Source of the DNA: Lingula anatina
Lineage: Eukaryota > Animalia > Brachiopoda
Reading direction: 5' to 3'
NCBI GenBank assembly: GCA_051362555.1
Contig: CM120640.1
Location: 64,954,788-65,018,787, forward strand
DNA: 64,000 bases
Shown here: positions 52,366 through 64,000 of the stretch, piece by piece
Layout of the letters: the number at the start of each line of letters is the position of its first letter
How positions within the stretch are numbered: position 1 is the stretch's first letter
Program-made: the position numbers and the translations under genes
The notes under the pieces: generated by a model
What the model was told of the DNA's origin: nothing
The model's input: the letters and a program-made list of their open reading frames with translations, nothing else
Database searches by the model: none

Positions 52366-55300
52366 ATGTCACTTACTTATAAAACGGTGCAGGCTTTCAT
52401 CGTCGCCCTCGTCTGGTTCCAGACGAACATGGCAACAGGAAGTATAGAGCAAAACAAAACTTTTGGTCTAGGAACCAGAGGTTACAGGGGAAGAGTTTCT
52501 GAGGGGAACTCCTTTCTCACGGCAAGTAACGAAGACGACTACGTCAGTTTTCGCTTTTTGGAGCTAGTTTTGGAATGGTCACCTGGATGCACCAATGACC
52601 ATGTCGCCATCGAAAGAAAAAGTTACAGTCCCCACGATTCCGAGTGGACACAATGGACACAAGTATCAGACACCATATGGGGTCCAGTTTGCGGTAATGT
52701 CTCCAACATTAACTCTGTCCAGTTCTTTATACGGAACTTGGACAACACGGATCTGTCTATTTATATCACCACAAACGTTGAGATAGGAGGCCCCGGGTAT
52801 ACCGGTTTGGGTTTGCCCCCCGTCATTATTGCCAATCGTTCAGAAATCAGTTGCACACACACTATCGAGTCCCCGACCAACGGCACTTTAACGGTCCTGT
52901 CTCGCTCTTTTTTATCTTGCAAGTTCTACATTACGGTTCCTCAGGCACATGTCGTGCAACTGAACTTACCCACGATGCCATCTTTTGAATACGGACACAT
53001 AAACATTTACGATGTGACCGAATTTGAGGCACGCCCAGTTTTGCGAAACTTAAGTAATTTTTCAAATGTGCGCTCTTTCCGCAGTGGGTGTAGTCAAGTT
53101 GCTCTTGACTGGATTAGCACTGGTGAACCATTGCCAACCACCATATTTATAACGTACACCGATGTCTCAAGGAAAAACATAGAGCCATATACATGTGCTA
53201 ATAACACATATACTCTTTATCGCGGCCAATGTTATCGTTTTGACCAAGGAGGTCCTGTATTAACCTGGGAAAACGCTGAAAAAGCATGCCAGGCGGAAGG
53301 TGGTCACCTCGCCAGCGTTCAGAGCAACAGAGAAGCACGATTTCTCAAGCGTTTGGTCACTTATAAATCAGTGCAGAAATTTGATGGAAGCGCCTGTAAA
53401 CAGACGATGCCCTGGGCGGGAGTTTTCATCGGGTTGAGAGATGGCCATGAGGTATGTATCCTTTATATATAGATGTAAATAAATATATAAATATAAATGT
53501 AAACTAGGCCTAAATTCAAGAAATAGTCAGTGGAAAATACGGAGCGGAAAAACCTTCTGGTAGACGAAATTTGAAAGACTGTGCAAATGCGTATTTGCAA
53601 CTCTGTAAAGGCTTTGATATGGCATTGATTACGCTTTATCACTGCAGTAATATGCCAACATTGCCTCTTTACAGGCTGGAGGGTTCATGTGGACAGATGG
53701 CAGGCCCTACATCTACTCCGAGTGGTTCGGTCCAGAACCATTTACCTCAGTGCCATTAAATCGTGACTGGAAAGTATCACTTCGTTCGATCTTTGACCCA
53801 GAAAACGTCCAGCCGGAAAAGAGACCGGACAAGAAATGCACCCTTATGCTTCCCTCACTCCAATATGACTGGGCTAGAGGAAGCAGCTGGGTTAAAGTTT
53901 CGTGTTTCAAGCCGTTCTGCTGCACAGGATTTGTGTGCAAAATGCCAGCAGTGCCAACTGCCGTACCTTTAAGAGACAATTCTCCCCTTCTCGTTGATGA
54001 AATGATGTCTGAAATCAACAGTCCAACTGACATCTACTGTCAACCAGGCTGGGTGTACTATGAAAACGCCTGCATATCCTTAATTCTCTCCAATGCCCTC
54101 AGCATAGAACTGCTATCATTTGGCTCTTGGGAATACATACGTTACAGTCTGTTCGCATCTTGGGCGGCCACCGAACACGACGAGTTTTCTATGACATTCG
54201 ATCAAGCTCTTAACCGATGTCACCAGGAAAATGCAACATTGGCGGAGACCACAAACTACAATGCACTCAATTACCAGAAGTTTTTCCAAATGTTTGCCAA
54301 GGAGGCCTCGTGGTTCTCAGTGGGAACAGACCTGCCTTGGTTGGAAACAGCATGGGGACAAGAATCATCATACGTAAGGAAAGATACCTCGAGAATAGCT
54401 GGATGGATGATGGCTACCAATGGTAACTGCATACACATATCCCTGGCAAACATGAGGTATCGCAACATCGTCGCTAAGGATGTGACAATACCAGCGAACC
54501 ACTGCCAGGGGAATGCTAGTAAGCCTCGAGCTATTTATGCTGTATGCCAAAAAGAACCAGTCAAACCCCCTAGCCATTGTTCCAATAACCAGTACCCCTG
54601 CAGTGACGATGTCTGTATAAGCCTTGGGGCTGTTTGCGACGGAGACCCTGACTGTTCTTCGGGAGAAGACGAAATGAACTGCTCATGTGGTGTGGATTCA
54701 TTCCGGTGCGATGATGGAAAATGCATCTCTGTTAATAAAGTCTGTGACTTTGTAATGGACTGCATGAAGAACGAGGATGAGGAATTCTGCTCCCACCCAG
54801 TCTGTAATGACTTCAGCCAGTTTCAATGCAGAAATGGCCAGTGTGTGAGCCGCCGCAATGTTTGTGACGGACGTTTTGATTGCATTGACAAAACTGACGA
54901 AGCACCACTTAACGACTGCAGGGTTGTGTGTGAGGCAGGCATGCATTGTTACAATGGCGACTGCATCTCCAAAAGTTTCTTAAACAACATGCGACCAGAT
55001 TGTTCGCTGCAGGAGGATGAAGCTGATCAACGAGGACAATCAAAGGGACAGTCGGACTGTAAAACGCTTCCTGGCAATAACATGGCCGCTTTCAACATGA
55101 CATACTGTTCTTCTCATGAACATGTGCGATGTAAACCAGAGCACTCTAAGTGTTACCCACGAGGTGAAACATGCAGGTATGACAGGCATCTCCATGCTAG
55201 GGGAGACGCTTGCCCACATTTTGATCATTTGAAGCACTGCTTTCACTACCAATGCCCAGATATGTATAAATGCAAGGACAGCTACTGCATTTCTATTAGG

Positions 55301-57112
55301 CATCTGTGCGACACTGTACAAGACTGCCCCAATGGTGAAGATGAAGAACCCGCGTATTGTTCAAATTACACGTGCCCGTCTAAATTTCGTTGCAAAGGCG
55401 CTCGGTTCTGTCTGCATCACAATGATGTATGTGATGGAGTGCTGCACTGTATGGATTCAATGGATGATGAAAGATTCTGCGATGCCACCAGCTGCTCAGA
55501 AGGATGCAAATGTGCTGGATACTTCGTAGATTGCAGTAACGGTAATTTCTCGGAACCACCAAACTTGACTTTTAAAACACAGGTTCGAGCCCTCGTGATG
55601 TCGCGCAATGCCCTCATTCTTACCTCAGAAATGTTTGACCAATTTCAATATCTAACCAAATTAGATTTAAACAGTAACGAAATTGTTGATGTTCCAGAAC
55701 ACACATTTGTGAATCTAGTAAACCTTCTTGAGCTTGACTTATCGAATAATAAGATAACATACTTTAAAAACGGGAGCTTTCACGGATTACGCGCGTTAAA
55801 GTCGCTGTTGATTTTGGGCAACCCTTTAACTGCAATCGCTAGTGGTGCATTTTATGGTCTTGACAAAATGGCGGTGATGAACTTGAGTTTTCTCCCAATA
55901 GAAAGATTGCCAGAGTATGCGTTTAAGGGGCTTGATGCTTTGGTCAGTTTACAAATTGCTAACACAAAACTATCAGAAGTAAACGAGAAAGCTTTCTCAG
56001 ATCTGAAGTCCTTAGAAGAACTAGATATTTCACAAAACGACGACTTAGAATTAAATGCAAATGTTTTTAACCCCTTACAGCTACACCATCTGAAGACTGA
56101 CAGTTTTGCGTTTTGCTGTCTTGCTCGAGGACACTTTCAGAAGTGCTCGCCGGAGCCAGACGAATTTTCCTCTTGTGCCGATTTACTTGCCAGTCCCGTT
56201 TTACAGGTGTCCATTTGGGTTATGGGGGCGTTGGCAGTAATAGGAAACTCCTTGGTAATTATTTTGTGGATACGGGCGAAAAAAGTAACCACAGGTACAG
56301 TCCTTATTCTACATCTTGCCATAGCTGATTTGTTAATGGGTGTGTACTTGTTGATCGTTGGTTCGGCAGACGTAATATATAGAGGTAGCTACTATCTCTA
56401 TGCTGTAAGGTGGAAAAGAGGGGCAATATGTGGTATGGCTGGGTTTCTGTCTATGGTAGCAAGCGAAATGTCTGTCACACTGTTAGTTTTGATTACTTTA
56501 GATAGACTCTTGGCCGTCGTTTTCTTTATCAAGAATGTGAAATTAGATTTAAAAGCAGCTGGGATAGCAGTCGCAATAGCTTGGGTAACTTGGACTGCTC
56601 TAGGTGCTTTACCTTTAATGGAGTCTGAGTATTTTAAAGAGTTTTATGGTCATAATTCTGTGTGCTTACCCTTTACCCTGAGTAGTGCAAGATTTGGCGG
56701 ACGAGAGTATGCATTCATCATTTTCGTAGTTATCAACATGGCGGCTTTCACGTTCATATGCCTCGCCTACGCAAGCATCGTCAGGGAGGTTTTCAAATCC
56801 AGCCAAAAGGTAGGCAGAAAAGATTCTGGAAAGGAACTGACGTTGCTTAGACGCGTATCTCTGATTTTGATAACAGATTTTATTTGTTGGTCGCCTGTGA
56901 CGGTTCTCGGGGTGTTAAGTTTTACTGGGGTGTCTATTGACCCCCAGGTCTCCGCGTGGGTGGCGGTGTTCGTTCTCCCCATTAATTCGGCTCTCAATCC
57001 TTATCTATACACCCTGTCCAATGCTAGCATCGGCTCCTTATGCCGTAAGGAAAAGAAGATTCAATCCCAAGAATCAAAATCAAATGCTACAACTAGTCAG
57101 GCGTCAGCCTAG
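52366..57112 (+). CDS. GRL101-like LDLa/LRR GPCR with N-terminal CUB-like and C-type lectin domains, 1507 aa, 2 exons
   Basis: Exons 52366-53451 and 53675-57112 joined by a phase-0 GT-AG intron (HE|AGGFMWTDG). Signal peptide; CUB-like segments; C-type lectin (CYRF..TWENAEKAC..GGHLASV..FIGL..WTDG..WVKVSC..FVCK); a second degenerate lectin-like unit; multiple LDLa repeats (CDGDPDCSSGEDE); LRRNT plus LRRs; hinge FCC...DEFSSCADLL; 7TM with TLDRL, TDFICWSP and NSALNPYLY. Confidence 0.93.
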
Positions 57113-59498
57113 GCATCAATTCATTACACACATTGATTTCCAAAATCATTCTGTATGATGGAAATTTAGGGGGGTTTTTATAACTGTTCCTCTAACCAGC
57201 TGTGTGTTTTTGAACTATATTTTGAAGGCGGGCTGACCTACAAACATCTCCGGTCTTTAATACAAGCCATTAATCCACTTTGTCCATTAAGATTTTATTT
57301 AGGATGGTTATTGAAGTAGAACAGAAATGTTATATTTTTAATGTTTATTTCTGATGTTTTGGCTTCAAATATGTCGCTAGGTGTCATTTAGTACTGGTTG
57401 TGCTCATAATTCGCGCGACAATCCGTATGCGTATACTCCATGTACGTATTAACTCTGTACTCACGCCCCCTGAGAGACAATGGGTTGTTTTGATAAACTA
57501 CAAAAGCCTGTGCGGGTAGCAAACAATAGCGACGTGGACTCATACAGGGCCTAAGCGCACAGGGGGAGGAGCACATATGTAAATTATTGTACGGGCGACC
57601 CTTGGAGACGGGAGTTCGTCCTCGCCAAGCGCGACGGGAAGTAAATTGATGCGCGCTATAATCCGACTTAATTAACAGCTTTCAACTTGGCAGTATTGCA
57701 CCTTGCTCTAGGCTGAATGTCGACCTGCCGTCTCGTTGTTTTGTTTGCTTCTTACAATCAGGGGGATGGGCCTCTGCTATTTAATACATTTGAAGGATTT
57801 TTTTTGTAGATTTGGTGAATTTCTCGAGCGATCAGTCTGTGGCCCATACCAATTAACTCTTCCGATCTTGGCAGAAGTCTCCCTAATTTTGGACGTATCT
57901 ACCGATCTCCCTTTTGTCTCGATACATCACACTTTTCTCTTTGTCCTTACGTTTGGAAACTTCTCAGGTTAAGTGATAGGGGTATAGATAGCACTAAACA
58001 ATAAAAAGAAAATACCAACGACAAAGCCGTGCCAGGTCTTCGTGTGAGTAACATCCAAAACAATATACATGTATGTTGTTTTCGTGGAGACGAAGCTGGT
58101 TTCGAAAGGAACCTAAATAGCGATAATTAAAACCACAGCTGGGTAAGCTACCTGGACATTGTAATAAGTGATAGATACAATACAAGTCGCCGAGCCGAAA
58201 TTGAAATATAACGAGCGTATTGTCGAGCCACAGGTTGAGTAATTTTCGGGTACAGCTCGGTGGCGAGTGTTGCATCTAGCTTAAACCACAGCCTCTCATC
58301 GGTTAGTGCAATGTCCTCGCGATATATTACTGAATGCCAGCTGAGCGGTGGAAAATTAATTCCATGCAAAAATTCTTGTTGGGCATTAGAAAAAAATATC
58401 AAAAATGACTTAGTGTGTCAATTTGCCTAACGGCAAGGGCTTAAGTGTTTGTGCAAGATCGGTCACATAACTGCATTCGCTTACTGCAACTCCTTGAATT
58501 ATGAAATAGATTAATTAAAAGATCTTTAACTGATACGTGTGCAAATGCTGTGGAGGAGAGTTCGCCCAAACAAATCATTAAGGGTAAATGGCATTTGATT
58601 AGCCTTTGTCGTGAACACAATAACATCATGTATGAAGTAAGTCAAAATTAACATAGTTTTAATTTTTTTCAATTTACTTCGTGCATTATAACAAGAATAG
58701 TTATCAATGTTGTTTTCATGTATACATGTACGTCCTAGGGATCGATGGTGGAAGTAAAAAGACTGTCATACTTTTTTTGATAACCCGCTTGTCGGCGGTG
58801 GAAATTACACTACAACGCTTTGTTTGCTGGTTAATGATCGCATTAAGGGGTGGCCGATTTCGCACCTTTTACATTTCATTCAATGGCAGTTACAACTGGT
58901 AGTCGCCCCTTTGTTTCGTTCTCCAGTGTTACCTAATGACTGGGTTGTAAGTGACCTTGATATTAAAAACTATTCCATTCTTTGACTAGGTCTACTAGTA
59001 TACATCCCAAGAGCGTTCTCAGGCAGCAATTGTTAATCATTAAACAATAGCGATAAAGCATCGGTTTCGTCAAATTTCAATCTTTGGGGCCATCAACAGT
59101 GCCTAAATATTCAAGAAACACCAGTAAACTAAAGTACTTTTTCGTTGGCAGTGTCAGGGTGAACAAGAAGTTATAACTTCTTGGGGTGAATCAAAATTTT
59201 CTCAATAAGGTGCTGGTAGGCTAATGAAAGACTAGGAAATAATCGTTAATTGCATCGAGAATTTAATCCTGTGCAACCTTCTACAAAATGAATATTTTAC
59301 ACTACTGCATGGGTCGTTATTCATAAAGAATGTTTTAACGTTTTATAAGGTTTTTGACAGATAAATAATTTCACCAAAGAATCTGCTCTCCGTTATTTGT
59401 TTTATTTAGATTTGATTAATTTTATTTAAGAGAAGTCAACAGATAAAAGTGCAGCGAAAAGAAATAGAGGAAAGAGGAAACTATCAAGAAAAAGTGAT

Positions 59499-59700
59499 GG
59501 GAATCCTTAATATTAAAAACATTTACGGGAAATAAGATTGATGTCCTTATCTCCCCTCTTTTTCTACCAAGCCCGCTTGCTCAAACGATTCATTCTTACT
59601 TCGGGGAAAACAAATGATAAAATGCAGTAAATGTAGAAAAGAAGGACACGAACAAGGGAAGAGGGACGGGAGTCTTTAATATCAAAATATTTACGGGAAA
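59499..59700. repeat. Imperfect direct repeat pair of about 33 bp
   Basis: GGGAATCCTTAATATTAAAAACATTTACGGGAAA at 59499 and GGGAGTCTTTAATATCAAAATATTTACGGGAAA at 59668. Confidence 0.5.
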
Positions 59701-61750
59701 AAAAGTATGTGAGAGTGATCTTTATCTTCCGTCTTTCTCTGCCAGGTCGTCTTCTCCAATGCAGGTGCTCTCCGCTAGTTTAAAAAATATCTTTCTGCAT
59801 AGACATCTTGACGATTGGTGATCGAATAATTTCCAGTTTAAATATTTAAATACTGTGGCAAGAAAAGGAGACCCCCCCCCCGACACCAAAACGCATATAT
59901 TTACAGACCTAGGCAACTTTCTACGCGCCCTTCTTATCCGTGTAGCACACCAATTAGACTAAATCATCATCTGTGATAATTTATCAAATCGCATGATTAA
60001 TAAAGATTTTCGTGCGCTAGATAAGACCCTACAAAGGAGGCAGCCTTTTGTAGACCTCAGATGTATTTTCCATGTGGCATTCTGGTTTCGGACCTGAAAT
60101 CCTCTCTGTGTCTGTCTGTAAGACAAGAAAAGTTAATGCGCACATTTCTAAAGAATCACATTTGAAAGAAAATGCTGTCAAACGCATATTATTTACACTC
60201 GTAAATACTGTACAGAATCATCTCTCAAAAATACGCTTACAGAAGGGCATTTTAAATTTTTATTCTCAATAAATTAACGTATTTTTAATAAGTATTATTT
60301 TATCTAATTAATACTGTCCATATATTTAAATTCAAAACTTATGAAAGTGAATTATATTGTGTAGAATATTTACAAATTCCATCCATGTGTTCAAAGTCTA
60401 AAACAAAAAGGTTAAGCAAACAAAACTTGATCGATGCAAACTTTTTGAAATATATATTTCGCATGCTGAAATAGGATTTTAATAGTATAACACTGGAACT
60501 ATAATTGGCTTTTCATGCATGTTAGATTTTCAATGTCAAACTTGTTATTTGTATTTTATTAAAGAAAATTTAAAAAGTAGTTGTTGATCAATTTAAAAAG
60601 ACAGAACTACATTACCAGCCAATAGGCACAATCTAAGGATCAACCTGAAAAAAAAAAGAAATTAACACAGACCCATTTATAGATAACGAGCTGCTTTCTC
60701 TCAACTTAATTACATTATTTATTCATTTCATTATTCATTTGAAAAGAGCATCTTGCTTGTACAAAGAAGCAATGAATTAGAATGTTGTTATTACTGCAAT
60801 TACAAAATTAGCCTATATTTCTACGATGAACCACTCCAGGACATAAATAGATCCCACTTATAAATAACTCAGTGCACAGCAGCTTGAGCACTTTGTGGGG
60901 TATCAGCCTCCGACAAGCAAAGTTTAAATTTTTATGAATGTATTTTTTAATGATATCGTTTTTCAAAAAGGTATCACTTTCACTTCTCCGCGTGCACAGA
61001 GTCCTTTTTCGCATGGCTGTCGACCTGCCTCCCTCTACATATAAAATTCAAGATGGCGCGCGTGCAGTGATAGGCCCGTATGGCTTGACAGAATAAGTTG
61101 ACCGAATAATACGCGAAAAACTTTCAAATGAGATCAGCATATAATGTCACGGTAAAAGACGTTAAAGAAGCGAATATACAGATAATCTTCACAACGTCTG
61201 AAGTAGTTTATTTTAATTTTGCTCATTACCTCAGACGGCACGCTCCGTGGTTTGTGACCGATACTGCATTACGTCATTTTCAAATTAACGTTGGCCGTTA
61301 TGTGGGGAAATTGTAGATAGCAGGACAAAAACTCACAAGTAAAATAAATATTAAATCTTTCAAACAAAACTTTGCAAAGTGAATAAAAACCCGTTAGCAA
61401 GGCAGGAGATAGGCCCTGTGTCAGCCTAGAAAAAGGAACAGTACCGGCAGATAAGCAACTATGTAATTATGTCGGCTTACAGCAAGCGGCAATTAACTCC
61501 CCGTCGAGCATTAACAGGGTGACAAGCCGCCACCGATGGACAAGCGGGGTTGATTTGCATATTAGCGAACATAGGGCGGGCTTGACGTCTTCTCATTTTC
61601 ATTGCCATTGTGTTTTGCCCTATAATTATCTCGTCACCATGTACGCATACAGACGTCAGAAAATGATCAATTAGTTGTCGCGGGAATTATAGGCATGACA
61701 GTACAAATCAACTTCTGCGTACGGTATAACTTTGTAGGCCAAAGGAATAG

Positions 61751-62280
61751 ATAATAATAATAACAATAATTTATTCGGCTTTAAGTGTTACAATTTAATA
61801 TTGTTCGCTGTCTAATTAAGCTACTTCTAACACTTCTCTGTTATCCTTACATCAAAAATATAAATAAAGGATAAAATATCTATCAAAGCAACAGTAACTG
61901 CAATCTCACTTGACAATATAAGCAAGATCATTCTATACATAATAATTAGCTAAAAGTTAATTAATGCGATGGGTGCTTATTCATTGTGCTGCTAACTGAA
62001 TATATTTCGATATTGCCATAAGGGATTTATGATCTTGAGGGTTGAGAAGGATAAATAGTTTCTGATCACTGCCTGCTATATGTAATTCATAATTTTGTCT
62101 CTCAGTATTTGGGAGGGAATTGAGCATGCTTTGTCGCTCTGTTTGGTAATTGCTGCAAGTGAGGAAGAAATGTTTCTCGTCCTCTATTTCTATTTTACAA
62201 TGTATGCAGGTTCTTTCTTCCAGAGAGATTTTCATGTGCCTGCCTCTCTCTATCGCCAGTTCATGGTCACTTATTCTGTA
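61751..62280 (-). mobile_element. 5'-truncated non-LTR retrotransposon (LINE ORF2 C-terminal zinc-binding region and 3' tail)
   Basis: RISDHELAIERGR...RTCIHC..IEDEKHFFLTC..Y..ER matches the C-terminal CCHC motif of invertebrate LINE ORF2 (RTEX/L2-type). The minus strand ends in AATAAA plus a (TTA)n tail at about 61775-61751. Confidence 0.85.
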
Positions 62281-63155
62281 GAAGTAACCATAGAGCAAGA
62301 AAATGAACGTGAACATATACAAGACAAACATGCATATATACAGATGTTTTATTATAAAATCCTGTCCGCCATTGAATTATACTTTGATAGAAACTTGATA
62401 GACTAAATCAGCTTAGAAAAATATATCCATTACGTATAATTTTTGTTTATGTTTATGAATGTTTTTTTACGATCCTTAGAAATTAAGTTATAAATCAAGG
62501 TCACTTAGATGACTCCAATATTTAAACGTTTATCGAAAGCAACCTTCGGCTTTTAGTGAATTGTCTGATTTTTCAAATTGCCACAGTGAGCATTTCTCCC
62601 AGAAAACCGTTCAGCTTTGATCTTATTTGAAAAGATTGATAAATGCGTTTTTCGCGTTCACCGCAAATGTGTGTATGTTGTACCTTTTTTTTAATTTCAT
62701 ACATTGATGAATAAAGTAGACATTATTTCAATATGGTCATTAATGCGTTCCTTAATTGACAGTTATGTATGTGCAGAAATGTTTCGTTAATTTTAGTTAA
62801 TAATTCATATTCAGACGTGACTTCGACCATAATTGATGTTGTGCAGCGACCTGGAATTGCAAACATGACAGTCAAATGCAAAACCATCACTCTTCATTAG
62901 TTCCATTTTCTAATTGTCATGCTATTCAAACCATCGGTTGAAGTGAACTCAAATGTCCCTCCTTCGAATTTTTTAACGTTTCCATTGTATATTTAAAGAA
63001 AAACATTCCACATTTCATCTATAAAATTTAATTTGTGTATCTGTAACACAAAGAATGGTAACCAAGCTCAAAACGCGTGCAGCTGTGTACTTGATCACAT
63101 ATGGTAACATTTCTCATCATATTACACAGTGTTTAAGGGAAATCTAAAATTTTGT

Positions 63156-63694
63156 CTATTCATGCTTTACTTCTTTTGTATCCAATTGCTTCTTCATTTC
63201 AAAAGCAACCACCGTTACAGCATTTCCAACATCAGTCTCACCTGAATCTGGCAACGTGGGAACACATATTTTCTGCCCACCATAGTCGAACAAAAGTTTA
63301 TTAAGAAAAGCATGGGCACTGATATGTTGATTTTTAACAGCAGTGTTAACAATGACTATGGCAGTTTTCCCTCTGGTAAAATCTACTTTGTAGTATTCTT
63401 TGGTCTCAAATGACAACTGTTCATATTTCATCAAGTCCTGGTCATCTATGATCTTGTTCTCTTCAGGTATGTCTGCATCATCTTCTGACTCTTGGATCAG
63501 GCTTTCCACCATTGCTGGATCCATGGGACTGGCTTCTCTAGGAGACCAGTCGGCACAGTCTAGCACATGAACCTTGGTGTCTTCATCCAGATGACTAATC
63601 AAGGAATTAACAGTTACGTCTTGAACAATGGGGATGTGAAACTGACATCCCTTTCCTGCCTGAACTACCTGTAGGTCCCACACATCAATGCAGC
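63156..63694 (-). CDS. Terminal exon of an MRM3/RNMTL1-like SPOUT (SpoU/TrmH) family protein; upstream exons not identified in this window
   Basis: Acceptor TTTGCAG|GC at 63694. GCIDVWDLQVVQAGKGCQFHIPI resembles MRM3 GCVDAWEPKVLRAGMGAHFRMPI, followed by DTKVHVLD, an acidic loop, YYKVDFT..TAIVI, GGQKICVP and AFEMKKQL. Confidence 0.75.
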
Positions 63695-64000
63695 CTGCAA
63701 ACAAACATTCCCCATTAAAAATTACATTTGTTTCTTTGTTGTGTATAAACTGTGGAAATAAGAAAAAGCATTCGAATCCCATGCCAATTCTATCTTGTAC
63801 TTGACATTGGCCAGCAATAAACATTCAGCTTACCACCTTAAAATTTTAATTGTAAAAAAAAAACTCGGTATTTTACAGATAACACAAAATCTGGAAAACA
63901 ATATCCATGAAGTATGCAAATGGCCATTTTAATAGGACTGTAACAACTTCCAACCATATAATCCATGACAATAATGGTAATTCAAAAATAAATAAATAAA

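Noticed and set aside
52347-52800. 12-mer GGCCCCGGGTAT in both the 5' UTR and the CDS of the GPCR
   Set aside because: Short two-copy match; chance is adequate.
53713-56997. Numerous short antisense and alternate-frame ORFs in the GPCR exon
   Set aside because: Shadows of the long coding exon.
1-64000. CRISPR arrays, tRNA/rRNA genes, prokaryotic operons
   Set aside because: No regularly spaced repeat-spacer array or cloverleaf was recognised; the DNA is spliceosomal-intron eukaryotic. A tRNAscan-SE/Infernal run would be needed to exclude small RNAs.

Overview
Intron-rich, AT-rich animal genomic DNA from an invertebrate bilaterian. The repeat types and frequent TACATGTA/TAGGCCTA words suggest a marine invertebrate such as a mollusc (inference). 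All gene models were built by eye from GT-AG boundaries and exon-phase arithmetic. From left to right: (1) a near-identical 6.12-kb tandem duplication (194-6310, 6316-12432); each unit carries a 3-exon secreted Frizzled-CRD-only gene on the minus strand, head-to-head with ALDH exon 1; (2) three tandem 14-exon cytosolic ALDH1A-type aldehyde dehydrogenase genes with divergent substrate channels and hairpin-forming transposons in their first introns, including a 2.4-kb Harbinger-like foldback element with a promoter-like/ATG-exon cassette; (3) a convergent 15-exon VMAT/SLC18-like transporter that lacks the canonical amine-binding acidic residues; (4) a 5-exon Cys-rich secretory-pathway protein ending in RDEL; (5) a 2-exon, 1507-aa CUB/C-type-lectin/LDLa/LRR GPCR of the GRL101 type; (6) a LINE 3' fragment; (7) the last exon of an MRM3-like SPOUT protein with degenerate SAM-binding motifs. 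No tRNA, rRNA or CRISPR features were recognised.
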